This document shows, piece after piece, positions 35,691 through 48,924 of a stretch of DNA of 64,000 nt. Under the pieces are notes generated by a model. That model was not told the DNA's origin. It did no database searches and saw nothing but the letters and a program-made list of their open reading frames with translations. Every line of letters starts with the position of its first letter. Within the stretch, counting starts at the first letter, position 1. The stretch covers positions 207,571,048 to 207,635,047 of the forward strand of contig NC_058130.1 of assembly GCF_016433145.1 (NCBI RefSeq). The letters are read 5' to 3'. The translations under genes and the position numbers were made by a program. Source of the stretch: Gracilinanus agilis. Lineage: Eukaryota.

Positions 35691-38600
35691 TATTCCTATT
35701 CCATGAAAAATGCAAAGTATTCCAGTTATAAACTAGAAAAGATGTATTACTTTTTAAACTCTGGATTTGAAATAACAGATTCTCTACAAGGTTTCAATAA
35801 TCACTAAAAAATCTGGGCTTCTTGTTAAATAAGCAAATTGGACCAGTTGATCTTTAAATTCCCTTTTTGCTTAGCTCTAAGTCCTATGTCTTCTATAAGC
35901 CTACTAATATGACTTTTTAAATAAATTCATCAAATTAGCTCCTGTTATCCTTGAAAATGATCAAGATGACATTAAAAAGAAAGAGCAGCAGCTATTCGTT
36001 TCATAGTCAACCCTTCTTTGAAATAATTTTAAAAACTAAAATGGGCTCCATCAGAATGATTAGGACTCTGACACTACAAGCTTGTGTTTAATTGGTTTAA
36101 TTAAAATTATTATTCTAGCTTCTCCTGAATAAATTCACCTAGAAAGACTTATGGAAACGGGTTGTATAAGAAAATTGAACAGTATTCTAAGACTTAAAAT
36201 GAGTTTTGTTTTCATTAAGATTTTATTTTTTAAAGTGGATTTCAAGACTTTTTTAAAAACAAATGTTACTGCTCATATTTTGCAAGGCTCATAAAACTGA
36301 TATGATTACCATTTCTATGGCTGATGGTAGCAATGCATTCACAGCTGTAACAGTTTCTCAGATAGGAAGGATATTTCTCCACATAGATATCTACTCATTT
36401 TTCAGGTATTTCAGACAATCCATCATATAGTGCTAATCAGGCTTGACATTTCTATATAGAATGTTAGCCAGGTATGTTTTTAAAGTTAAGATTTAAAAAA
36501 TGCTTCAAGTGATCAAATGATCAAAGATAAAAAGAATAACCATACTGCTAAGAGCTCATTAGAGTGAATAACTATTGAACTAAAGGCAAGCCCTGTCCTT
36601 TCAGTTAGTTAGTTAAAGAGATCAGATACAATGCAATTTTTTTTTCTCTTTATATAGGTCATTCCAATTCTATTCAGATCAACTTTAATTCTAAGCACAA
36701 TCTTTAAGTTAACTTGCCAGCATTTGGATCATTTAATGTATAGTACAAGTCTGCATCATTTTTTTTTTCTAATGAAAAGACTCCTGTGTCTTATTCATCA
36801 TAATCTGTCACATATCTGGGAATATACCAATTTTAATGATAGATACTGTTTGAAATCACATGGTTTTTCTTTTTCTTCTTTCAATGTGTATGCCTGAAAT
36901 AATTATGAGGTATCACCAAAGTCTTAAAACTAAAACATTTAGCTTTAAAGTCCGGTGTTTTTCCAAAAACAATTTCTCCTGGCTTTACAATGGCTGTCTA
37001 TGCAGAAAGGTTTACTGGTGTAGTGTGTATAATCACTCATAAACCAACCTCTATAAATCACGTAACTCAAACTGCTTTACACAAGCTAATCTTATGTGAT
37101 GTTGAAGGCTCTCTTTAAAAAAAAAGATTGGCAAGTTTTCATGTCAAAAATATTACTGATCTAAATTGTAGTTCGCTTGGGATTAATATTTCCAAAATAG
37201 CGCTCTATTAAAGAAAATATCTTGTGATAAATTGAGGCTATATAACTGTAATACAAAGAAGAGCATTGTGTTTCTGGCCTCACAGGAAGTCTGAATTATG
37301 AATAAAGAATAAATGCAAACACAGGTCTATTAAGATACTTTTAAATATACTGACATGGGGTTGCAATTAATGATTAGTTCCATCCAAAAAAAAAAAAGCT
37401 TGAATAGGTTAACTCCTTTCTCTAAAATATTAATGCTATTAAGCAATTGAATCTTTTAAAAAGCATTTTTTCAAAGTATAATTTCATTCAAAAGAATTCT
37501 TTATCTGTTTTATGACAAGATTTAAATGCATTTATGATAGATGATAATTTTCACTCTAAACAGTCATCTTCTAAAATGTATTGGCTGTTTAATAGCCAGT
37601 ATCCAAAATGTGTGATCTAATTCTGAGTTACTGACAATGCAAATATGAGATTCTGAGCTGGTGCATTAAATTTTACCAACAAACACATCTTATAATTTCA
37701 AGAGATTCTGCTATCTCCATGATTTAAAATACTAAAAGCTAACTAGTTAATATACCATATTAGAGACCTATTTTTAGCACATTAGATAAAACTCCACTGG
37801 GACTAAGAGTAACTCTTGCACTTGTGAATTATTAGTCATTTAAACTTGTGAAACTACATGTTATTATTGCAAACTTCTGAATTCTCTTTCTAGTATTGCT
37901 ATATTTTATATTGGTGCCAAACACTGCCTTTATAATTAAAGTTCTGTCAGCTTTTCCATTATAAACTCCCTATGGGAGCTTTTGGAACAGCCTTTTAAAA
38001 AGATTTATTTATGAATTTTGAAAGTTACATAGATAGGTACAAAAAAGGGGAGGAGGAAATAAAAATAGCCCAGTAACCCAATGAACTGTGTGTCACATTC
38101 CAATCTATTATAAAAAATGTACAGCCATCTCAGAATTCCTCATCACAATAAATTCTGCATCATACACTAGATAGAAATTCAAGAGACAATATAAAGTCCA
38201 AAAGGTATGCCAAATTCATAATATTTCTTTACATTAGTGTCTGGAGCAGAAATTGCCCTCTCCATCAGCAGACATAAGATTTCCCATGGTTTTATAAAAT
38301 TTTATCTCACACTCCCAGTTTGCTTAATACAATATTACTTAGTCTTGCAAGTGATAATAGTACTAATTGTGTCATGAAAACGTAAAAGTCACAACTGAAG
38401 TAGCTTAACTTCATGATATTTTAAGGCACAATACTTGTTTATGACATAAATTTTTTGAAAACAACTTATTAGTAGATGATCCAGTTTGAAATGGAGGCTT
38501 AAATTTCTAAATATAAGGGATATGCCAATTAGTAAAGCTAGAGGTCACATACTAGTTATGCTAGCATATTACAAGGCATAACTTTAATTTGGATTTAATC

Positions 38601-39504
38601 ATTCTTTATTTAACTTTCTTGAGATACTGTTAACCAACATATTATCACATTTCTCTTTACTTTTGGAAGTTTGGTAGTGGTTGCATATCTACCTCCAACA
38701 AGCTCTTTTTGGAGGTAATTTATTGAGATTAAAATACAGTTTTATTTATTTTCAACCCAAATTGCCAGTTAATATATTTTCTGGATCTCCCTTTTATTCT
38801 TTTGTATATATGTAATATTATTTGTTCTGAAGACAGTTATACATGCCTGTTCACCTCCCTTAAGTAAAATGGCAAAGGGAAAAAAGGCTTAAAAATTTCA
38901 AATGATTAAATTGGATATTTAGCAATTTTCATATGAGAACACTTCAGTGCAAGAAAATATGATTTCTATTATATTAAATCTAGACTGTATGATTTTAATT
39001 TCTTTAATGAAAAAGAAACTGACAAATCACACATTTTCTGGATATATCCAATTATTTTCTATAAACATTAAAATGAATGTTTTTTAGTTAAACTATTCTT
39101 TAATCCTCACAATAAGCAATCTGAATTAATGACTACTGAAACATGGATTCCTTTTTTCACTCAAAAAATTCAATTATATAAAAATAACTAGTAGCAACAG
39201 ATGTGCTTCTAAAAAGTTTTATGTAAACTAAAAACACAAGAGAGCTCACTATTGAAAGAAATCATACAGCATATTCTCCTATAAAATAATTACAACACAG
39301 TTTATGTGTCTTAAATTCAAATGTTCATTAACCAACCTCCCTCCTACGGTCTATGAAATATTAAGTATATGAAGTAATCAGATATTATGGTTAATAGGAC
39401 ACTACTAATACCTTCTTTAATATGTTCATTTGATTAATTCAGGGAAATTCCCTTTATAATATTATTTTGAAGGAAGCCTCTAGTTCAAATTTATAGAGTT
39501 GACC

Positions 39505-39505
39505 C

Positions 39506-39548
<43 letters not shown>

Positions 39549-39621
39549 ACCAGGGACAAAGACAGAGAGTCAGAGAAAGACACAGAAAGAGTCAGAGAGA
39601 AATAGTGAGACAGACAGTGAT
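39505..39621. repeat. (AG)n/(AGAC)n-rich microsatellite (continues at 40040-40088)
   Basis: Read directly. Confidence 0.85.
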
Positions 39622-39636
39622 AAGAACAAAGACAGA

Positions 39637-40025
39637 TGCAGAGCAAAAGGAGCAGAGCCAGAAGAACATTGTACACAGAGACTGATATACTGTGGTAAAA
39701 TTGAATGTAATGGACCTCTGTACCAGCAGCAATACAATGACCCAGGACAATTCTGAGGGATTTATGGTAAAGATGCTACCCACATTCAGAGGAAGGACTG
39801 CAGGAGAGGAAACATGTAAGAAAAACAACTGCTTGAACGCAAGGGTCGGGGTGGACGTGATTGAGGGTGTGGACTCGAAACTACCACACCAATGCAACTA
39901 CCAACAATTTGGAAATTGGTCTTGATCAAGGACACATGACAAAACTAGTGGAAATGCGCATCGGCCATGGGTGGGAGGAGTGCNACCATGTTAAAAATGT
40001 ATATTAATAAATGTTAAAAAAAAAA
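39637..40025 (+). mobile_element. Young short L1 3' insertion inside the microsatellite
   Basis: 15-bp TSD aagaacaaagacaga at 39622-39636 and 40026-40040; poly(A) tail; near-identical to the reverse complement of 26583-27020. Confidence 0.93.
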
Positions 40026-41229
40026 AAGAACAAAGACAGAGAAACATAAAGAAATAGAGATAGAGGCAGAGAGAGAAGAAAGAGAGAAAGTTCTTTGCTT
40101 TACAGCTTTTGGGTAAGAGTAAGGTTATAATTAAGCAACTATAAGCAGAAGGATATTTTGTTTTATGATTTCATAGTATCATAGATTAAGAGTCTTAAGG
40201 TTTTATTTTTGCCTTGAGATAAAAGAGTTTTTTTGAGTTTTATATGATTGAAATTGTACCCATTAGATGGGGAGAAGGCACTACCCAAATTTTAAGGCAA
40301 ACTGCTTTTACATTTTCTGTTCCAATTCAGAATGAATTCAAGAACTCTCTAATACTTTGAGGATACTTGGAAAAATGCATCAGCTTCCAAGCTTGATGGT
40401 TTCTTAGCAAATATAGTATTCTTAAAATAATTTAATTTTATAGATTTAGGATAAGATAAATTAGTCAAGAAAAATTTATTAAGTTCTTACTATGTGCTAG
40501 GTATCAGAATACAAGAAAGGTAAAAGATAGTTCCTGACCTCAAGGAGATTATAATCTAATGGGTAGAAATCCAAGACAGTGAAGTATAGACCAGAATTCA
40601 AATGACCTCTCCCAAAATCCCCTTCTAAGCAGCTTTAAAGTAATACTTCAAATCAAATTTTGGAGCATTCAGGCCAACAAAAGGTCAGAGAGAAACATTT
40701 TTTCCAAACTAAGACAACTTATGAGGTTACATGAAAGGTTGGTAACAACAAGAGCAGACCCAGAACATAGTAGAAGCACCAGAAGTGGACCCGGGAAGTA
40801 ACTATGACAGCATCAGGAGTTTCAGGACTTCTCAGCTCAGAGATGTTAAGGGGGTTGGACAGCTGGTAAGAAAGAGCACTGACTGGCAAATCTATTGTCC
40901 ATAAGTTGTTCTGTGTCACAGTACTAGGGAAGAGAGAAGCACTTGTAATTGGTCACAACTAAGACAAAGAGAAGTGTTAGCATGTATGGCTATTGAACAG
41001 CAAGGGACCTGCTAATAGTTCAAGGGCAAAGAAAAGCATTAGTACTTGTGGTTGCAGGGGAATAAGGGCCCTTCCTGGGTAAAGACCAAAGTGCCAATCA
41101 GAAGAGCAATGACCACACCTCTCCTAGAACAGCACTGCCTTGGAAGTACTGAAAAACTTGCAGATCCCTAGAAATAGCTTTGAAAACAACAGCACAAAAA
41201 AAGCTATAAGCTTAAAATATTCTCTCCCT

Positions 41230-41395
41230 ACCCCTAGGTGAGTAGAGCCATAAATGCCTGCAGAAGGAGAAGGATGGAGGTAGAAGGCGCTGGAATATGG
41301 GGCGGGGCTGAAGGGCCCCCTGGGGCTCTGCCCAGACTGGCTGATCCGGAGGTGGAGCCAGATATGGCTCAAGAGCCATATGTTGCCAACCCCTG
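41230..41395. mobile_element. Right end of a hAT-type element (left end not located)
   Basis: Ends gccatatgttgccaacccctg (Charlie-like TIR) with a subterminal palindrome atatggctc-aa-gagccatat; locally GC-rich. Confidence 0.5.
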
Positions 41396-41689
41396 AATTA
41401 GACCCTCATCCTCTTAAAGCTGATGAAACCTCTGGCCAATTTGCTGAGAAAATAATTCCCTTTATGCAGCTATATAATCTCAGTCTTGCTAATCTGATAT
41501 TTCTCAGCCTGGTTCTGAATTAATTTGAGGAATCTGAGAAGTTGGAAAGAAATTACACAGACTAGAATTATTGGGTTCAGAATAGCTATTTGATATTAAC
41601 TCTATAAACAGAGAAAAAGACATGATAGGGGAAAATTGGGAAAAGAAATGAGAGTGATGTAAGAAAATTATAAAAACAGAATTAATAGC

Positions 41690-42600
41690 TATTTGTAAAA
41701 GTATTTACAGCAGCTTTGTTTATGGTAGCAAAGAACAGGAAATTGAGGGGATGTCCATCAACTGGGGAATGGCTGAACAAATTGTGGTATATGACTATGA
41801 TGGAATAAAATATAAGAAATGATGAGCATGCTGAACAGGTTTCAGAAAAACCTGGAAAGACTAACATGAACTGATGTAAAGTTGAGTGAATAGAACTAAT
41901 AGAATATTGTACAAAGTAAAAAGCAATATTTTACAATAATCAGCTGTGAAAGCTTTGGCTATTCTTAGTGATACAATGAGACAACCCCAAACTATTTTAA
42001 AAGTAAAACAGGCCAAATGGAAAAGGAAAATACAAAAATTCCCTGGAGGGGAACTGACTGGATGAAAAAGGAGGCTCAAAACCTCATTAAAGAAAATAAT
42101 TTCTTAAAAATTAGAATTGGGCAAGTGGAAGCCAATGACTTCATGAGACTTTAAGAAATAATAAAACAAAATCAAAAGAATGAATGAATAGAAGGAAATA
42201 TAAAATATCTCATTGGAAAAAACATTTGATTTGATTGGAAAATAAATCAAGGAAAGATAATTTAAGAATTATTGGACTACCTGAAAGCCATGCTTAAAAA
42301 AAATGCTATCTCTTTCAGAGAGGAAACCTATGAACTCTGAGTGGAAATTCAAGTATAATTGTCTTTCTCTTTGTTTTGTTTCTTTTTTTTTTGTTCTCTC
42401 TCTCTTTTCTTTTTCTTTCTTTCCATCTTTCCTTCCTTCCTTCCTATATGGCTAATATGGAAATGTTTTAGATAATTTCATATGTGTATTTGATAACATA
42501 TAGTTTTCTTTCTCAGTGAGTGATGGGGGTTCAAGATGGGCAAAATCTTGAACTCAAAATTTAAAAAGAAAATAGTTTTTAAATAAACAATAAATAATAT
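41690..42600 (+). mobile_element. L1 3' end with an embedded L1 ORF1 fragment (about 41995-42300)
   Basis: ORF2-end motifs (aaattgaggggatgtccatcaactggggaatggctgaacaaattgtgg), then ORF1 motifs (gaaaataaatcaaggaaagataatttaagaattattggactacctgaaagc), then the 3'UTR resumes. Confidence 0.7.
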
Positions 42601-42699
42601 TTTGGGGGGAAGTCTAATGGAAGAGACAATATGCCAAAACACCTTTATATGAGTAAGCTATACCATGTAGAAATATGATACATAAAGAAATAATCATCA

Positions 42700-43640
42700 G
42701 AAGGAAAGAGCTAGCTACAAATAAGCTATTTCATGTATAAATATGATATATAGGAAATAATCACCAAAAAGAAGCCGCTAGAATTAAAAGCAATTGGGCA
42801 AAGTTTTTGTAGAAGGTGGAATTTAAGATAGGACTTGAAGGATATCAGGAAGTAGAGATGTGAAGGGAGAGCATTCTAGGCTTTGAGGACAGCCAGTGGA
42901 AATATGCATAAAGTTTGGAGAGGGTGTCTTGCACAAAGAGTAGCAAAAAAACTAGTGTCACTATATTGAAAAGTAAAGCAAGATTTGGATGTAGATCATT
43001 AATTAACTAGTTAATTAATGGGGAAAAATAATGTGTTGAGTGATCTCTACATGAAACGAACTGAGTTATGTTCTGGGAAAACAAATACAAGTAGACAAAA
43101 CCATTTCTTAACCTCCAAGAGCTTAAAATTATAATGGAAGAAGACAACAGATAAAGAGGAGCTTATAAATGGAAGGAGGGTGTGGGGTACCAGCAAGAAG
43201 GAAATGGGTAGGCCCCACAGGGAAAAATAAAATGAAAGTTCACTAGCCAGAGAATAGGCCTCTAGATGTAGGAGTCCAAATCCAAGGAAAAAGTGAGAAT
43301 GTCATGGCTTAATGACGACCCTGAGGTTGAGTGTTTTGGAAAAGCATATAACTGACTAATCATGTCCACAAAAGTTAAGATAATACTCTGGAAGTAAAGA
43401 AGAAGGTAGGTGGCACAGTGGATAGAACCTGGGTCTGAAATCTGAAAAGCTCAAGTTCAATTCCAACTTCAGATATTTACTAGCAAGTTACTTAACTTTT
43501 TACTGTCTGATTTTCCTCAGCTATAAAATGGAAATCATATTAGCAACTACCTCTCAGGTTTGTTGTGAAGGTCAAATAAAATAATAATTGCAAAGTGCTT
43601 AGCATAGTACCTGGCACATAGTAGGCACTTAATAAGTACT
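42700..43640. mobile_element. L2 fragments and a MIR (about 43385-43640)
   Basis: gtagaaggtggaatttaagataggacttgaagga; gcatagtacctggcacatagtaggcacttaataa. Confidence 0.6.
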
Positions 43641-44499
43641 TATTCCCTTTTTTTCTCTTCTACTCCTAATAGTATGATAAGCTTTCGTTCTAGCATTTTT
43701 TAAAAAAATCTATTTTCAAATCTAATGGGGTATCTGAGTGGAGGAATATAAATTCAAGTGGTAGTTAATCTTTTAGTCATGATTGAACAAAAATGTTGCT
43801 GTCATTGGCCATCTTTATAAGTAGTCATTTATTGCCAAAAGAAATATTTTTCTTTACAATCTTATGATGCATAAAAGCCTTTTGAATAAGGAATAAGAAA
43901 AACCATATCTTTATGGACTACACAGTTGCCTCATGTTTATAGATAATGAATACTTTCTTTAAGCAAAGAAGATATTGGACATGGAAAGAACCAAATAATA
44001 TTACAATAATTGATTTTATTGCATTTCAATAGGTAGGAAGCACTTTATTGTTGATGTAGGATTCATTCCTGAACCAGTTTTCTGGGAGTAGGCTGACCAT
44101 GAATGTGTTAAATATTCAAACTAATACAATTTAAAAGGAAGAATAAAATAAGAAGTGATGTGCAATTAAAAGAACTACAAAATGACTGATTTAGTTTAAT
44201 TTATCGATGTAAAAAAGTGGGATATGGATGGAACAAAGAACATTGACAATAATTAGTGTATAATTTTATACGAAGGTTTAATCAATGTAAATCAATCGCC
44301 ATAATGAAGAGATGAAAACAGCTTAAATGCTAGCAAAGTCAGCAAACATGATTTGCTTGCCAAGTAGAGAGAGATGGCAGCTAAGGAAAGATATAGCCAT
44401 TTAGAATTTAAACTTATTTGGAAAATTTTATGGAGAAGGATGATAAAAGATTATTATTTCATAAATCAGAGAGAAACTGTGGAAGATAAAACAAGTTTA

Positions 44500-44830
44500 A
44501 GAAAGCCTGTCAGGAGGCCCAAATAAACAAAATCACCCTTAGCACACGTGGATAAAACTGGAAGGATGACAAATTAACAAAAGGTAGAAAAGATATGTAA
44601 AAATTTTTTTAAAACCATATTTTTTAATGATCTAAGCAGTATAGCCACCATATTTGAAATTTAACATAACAATCTCAGATGTGTTCATAGAAGAGGAAGA
44701 AATGGCACTAAAAAAATGAAGACAGCAAAAACTGCTAGAATAGATTAATTGTACACAGAAGAGGTCTTTTTGGTGGGTAACAAAATTGTGAGGGACTGAG
44801 ATATATATTCCAAAAGTACCTGAAGAAGGA
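44500..44830 (+). mobile_element. RTE LINE ORF fragment
   Basis: atctcagatgtgttcatagaagaggaagaaatggcactaaaaaaatgaagacagcaaaaactgct translates to about ISDVFIEEEEMALKKxKTAKTA, matching the RTE motif EEVxxALKKMKxGKAAG. Confidence 0.6.
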
Positions 44831-45175
44831 AAAGCTACCAAAGGCATGCTACCTCATGCCCCCCCAAATCTCACAAATTGTCACTACCTTAATTTTCTCA
44901 TCTACAAAAGGAGAATAATATCATTTACTTCACTGGGTTGTGTTGGAGACAAAATTTGTGGCAAAATTTGAAAATGCTTTGAAAATGTTTAAAGCCCTAG
45001 ATATATGCTCTCAGTATTGTTATTAGCTGTAGAGAGCCAGAAATAAACAGTTTAATCTGTAAATCCTATCAGATCCACCTATAGCTGATGTTTATAACTA
45101 CTGATGACTCCTTTCATTATTAAAAAGTTTTCCTGTGTAATAAATCATTTTAATTTTTTAAAAAAGGGGGAAATA

Positions 45176-45721
45176 TGTGGGAAGCCAATAAGAAAATAGA
45201 TAAAAATCTGAGACTCCTCTTTTTTGACCCCTTTTGTGATCCTTGTGATTTATTGCTGAAAAGTATTGTGGTCTTATTGAAGAGCTTTAGGTTCCTAGCA
45301 GGCCAGTATTTAAAAGGTTAACACTCTCCCCCTTTGGCCAGGAATGTAGCTGCCTGGTATAGCCAAGGCCAAAACCTTAGCAGAGGCAATTCAACCCTGA
45401 GAAAAATATTCCCCGACTTGGCTTTCTGATAAGAACCCAGTCAAAATTCAGCCTTGGCCTTGGTCTGTTCTGAAGCCAATGAGACCTTTTGTGTTTTGAT
45501 ATGACATAATTTATAACTTCTGCGCATCTGCAAAGTTTTGGGGTGGGGTTCTTTTGTGTGAAATGAGTCTTGAAGTATATATAATAAACTCCATGCTCCC
45601 AGAGACAGAGCTGGAAATATGAGCTGACAAAAAGATCTTGGTGTCCTATTATTTCCTTATCAACTAAACGGTCCTTATCAGATTATCAGAGATGATAAAG
45701 AGATCTCGAGAATTAACCCCA
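45176..45721 (+). mobile_element. LTR preceded by a PPT (45160-45173)
   Basis: aaaaaagggggaaa-ta-TGTGGG junction; aataaa at 45583-45588; ends aattaacccCA. Confidence 0.75.
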
Positions 45722-46035
45722 AAAAGTTAACAAAAGAACATCTACAACTACTAACTAGTATGTCTAAATTTCTATCTATATGCATTTAATAATAAAAATC
45801 TGTTCATCATTAATTTCAGACTAATTTGTACATTCTTATCCTTCAAAAATGATATTCTTACTAGCTGTTCCCTGAGCTGAACATTTCATTGCCAATCTTT
45901 GGTGTCTTTTCTAAGACTCATTCCTGGAATGCAGTCTCCCACCTCACCTCCATCTCTTGGAATCCCTGTTTCTTTCAAGAAAGCTCACACTAGAAGGGCT
46001 TTTCTACATGTTAGTAGTTTTGCACTACATGTCAG

Positions 46036-46039
<4 letters not shown>

Positions 46040-46092
<53 letters not shown>
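46040..46092. repeat. (CT)n microsatellite within an L2 3' end
   Basis: Read directly; produces the SLSLSL ORFs. Confidence 0.95.
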
Positions 46093-46746
46093 GTCTTAAA
46101 TTGTTGTTCAGAGGCTTATTTATTTATAAGTTGTATCTCCTTTCCATGAGGAGAATCTGTTCTTCGACAGCAACAAGTATTTGTTCCTATGTCTTTGCAT
46201 TCCCCAAAATGATCACATTATCTTATTTATTAGTGACTCTAATGGCTACTCTCCCTACTGGAAATCTGACAGGATCACTAGGGAAGACAAGAAAATATAT
46301 AAATTTCAATATATCTATTTCCTCTTTTCTTGCTCTTGAAGAGATTTCCAGTCTCCCATCCCATGATATCTATCCGTGGATGAGGAAGTTATCACCAGCT
46401 GTTTGCTCTTTGTCATTTATTGCTTGCTGCCACTGGCACTATAGCCTGAGCTGGGTTCAGCATAGGACAAACTGGGATTGGGGATTCTGAAGAGCTACAG
46501 TGGCAAAAGTGGTTGCCCTGAGTTGTAGATGGGCCCAAATGGCAAGTTGAACCCAAACTGCTGGGTGAGACCAATCTGGCAGCTACTATAAAACTTCAAC
46601 CACTGATGTGAACAGGGAAGGAGACTGATCCCAAAATTATCTTCTACCACCCTGAAGGTTTGCTCCAATTTTCTTTGAGTATTTGGAGAGCCAAATGCAG
46701 TAGCTTCCAAACAGAGTAACCTCTTAATTTTTTCAATGACCTATAG

Positions 46747-46950
46747 CAGAGGTTTCTAACCTAGAGTCTAAGAACTTGTTCTTTTTTAAATGTATTTTGA
46801 TAACTGCTTTTAATATAATTATTTTCTTTTCCAATCCTATGTGCTTTCTTTTGTATACTTAAAAATATTGTTCTAAGAAAGGGTTCATAGGCTTCACCAG
46901 ACTGCTAAAGGAGTCTATTACATTAAAAAAAAAGATTAAAAACTCATGAT
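46747..46950. mobile_element. Old Charlie-type MITE
   Basis: cagaggtttctaacct...ggttcataggcttcaccagactgctaaaggagtc...gattaaaaactcatg with decayed TIRs. Confidence 0.6.
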
Positions 46951-48713
46951 CTTTAAGCCAAATTGGACTTGGGAAGGTAGAGAATTATGTGGAAAGATGA
47001 TCAAGCAAAGTAATTTCTTTATGTTTTGCTACCTTACTTCTCCCATATGTTTTTTTTTCCCTAGACTAAATTTTCAACCTGGGTTGTAGGGGTGATTAAA
47101 CCTGCCCAGCCATGCCCATTGTAATGAGGTGAATAGCTTGTAAGAAAATGCTTTTTGTAATCAGCAGCAATACTTCAGCTTGGGGGAAACCATGAGCTTT
47201 CATACTAAATTGATTATTAAAACACTTGGGCCATAACTTAAATACATCACCACCTGGTGGACAAATTATGTATTATATTCTCTTGTTAGCTAGCTAATTA
47301 ATTAATCAACAATTTGTTTTTCTGTTGTCTTGCCAAAAAACACAAATAAATCAAGAATGGGCAGCTACTGCTACTGAAGTAACTTATGTGTTACATGGTA
47401 CAAAAAAAAAAAAACAACAACAGAAATCCTGTCTCACTATTACATTAGTATAATATTTATATTTTCCCCTAAGCTTTTTTAAAAATTTTCCTTATTACTC
47501 TGATAACTTGTTGTAGCATCAAGGTAATGCAGGGTTCTCAAAGGCAACAGCAATAAAACATGGTTTGATAGGCTCTGCCAATGAGCAGATCCTTGAGTAG
47601 AGAGACTTGACTGTAGCCTTATTCATCAGAAAAGGATCAGCATAGCTAAACTAGGAAAGTTCTTCGGTAGGTTAGAGAAGAGGTAATGAAAGTTTGGGAC
47701 ATCATAATCCTCAAATACCAATTACAAAATCACTGAGGGGTTGCAATCTATATCACTGGAATAAGGCTGCACTGAATATTTATATAAAGCTACATACTTC
47801 ATATTGGTACTTTAAAAATATAAAATGGCTTTGCTTTGTTCAAACTCCTACCTGCTTAAAAAAAACTCATCAATAAATGATTGCTTTATTATGTCAAGTT
47901 CATCTATAATGCAATCCATTGTCATAGATGTCATAGAAATGGAGATAAGTTTTACAATGAGGGCTCAAGTATGTAACAAAATCAATGGGTACTCATAATT
48001 ATATTGCTTCAATAGCTAATTAATTTTAATAAAAAGCATGATGGATTAAAAATCAAAGAGATGGGAAAATATATTAAAGCTAATAAAGGAATATCATATA
48101 ATTTAAAAATATTCTGATGTGGCTAATCCTGAAGATGAAGTCCTAAGCCCCACCTTTTTCCCTAATGCTTATAACTAAAGAGAAAATTACAAATCACAGA
48201 CTGTCTTCATTAAAAAGGCAGAAATAAGACAAAATATTTAACTCAAACACATCAAGGTCATGTTAAAGAGAGCTCTGAACTATGCCCCCGCCCCCACAAA
48301 AAAAGAAGTTAATAACATGTGAATAAAGTAAACATTTTCTTTTTGGGAAGGGTGTTTATGGGAATTGGGGGAGTAGGTGTGATGTTCAAATATTAGAACC
48401 TACACTGGAGCACTTATCTGGATTGGAGAATAGGGTAAAGGATAACAAGGCCTTCAAGGGTCTCGTATGCTCCTACTTAATACATTTTAGTGGCTCCCTC
48501 TCATATACGTTACAAAGGTTTTGTTTTTCCTTTCATTTTTTTTACTCTAGGGATGTGATATGGAAAAGAAAGTAGATAAATAGATTTTAATTTTTTTAAA
48601 AAATCATTTGCTACATATCTCTGGTGTAGAGGAAATAATTATTCCTAATGGAGGAATTTTGAATGGCTGGAACAAATAAATTGAACACCTTTCCATTTTA
48701 AAAGAGAGAGCAG

Positions 48714-48924
48714 AAGGGCAGCTGGGTAGCTCAGTGGAAAGAGCCAGGCCTAGAGATGGGAGGTCCTAGGTTCTAATGTGGCCTCAGACACTTCCCAGCT
48801 GTGTGACCCTGGGCAAGTCACTTGACCCCCATTGCCTATCCTTACCACTCTTCTGCCTTGGAGCCAATACACAGTATTGACTCCAAGATGGAAGGTAAGG
48901 GTTTAAAAAAATTAAAAAATAAAA
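48714..48924 (+). mobile_element. Full-length SINE1_Mdo-like SINE
   Basis: 15-bp TSD taaaagagagagcag at 48699-48713 and 48925-48939. Confidence 0.93.

Noticed and set aside
39491-39925. ORFs over the AG repeat and L1
   Set aside because: Microsatellite and L1 3'UTR translation; their similarity to ORF 26751-27080 only reflects a shared L1 subfamily.
45899-46490. 177-aa and 66-aa ORFs
   Set aside because: Kept open by the (CT)n microsatellite and L2-derived sequence.
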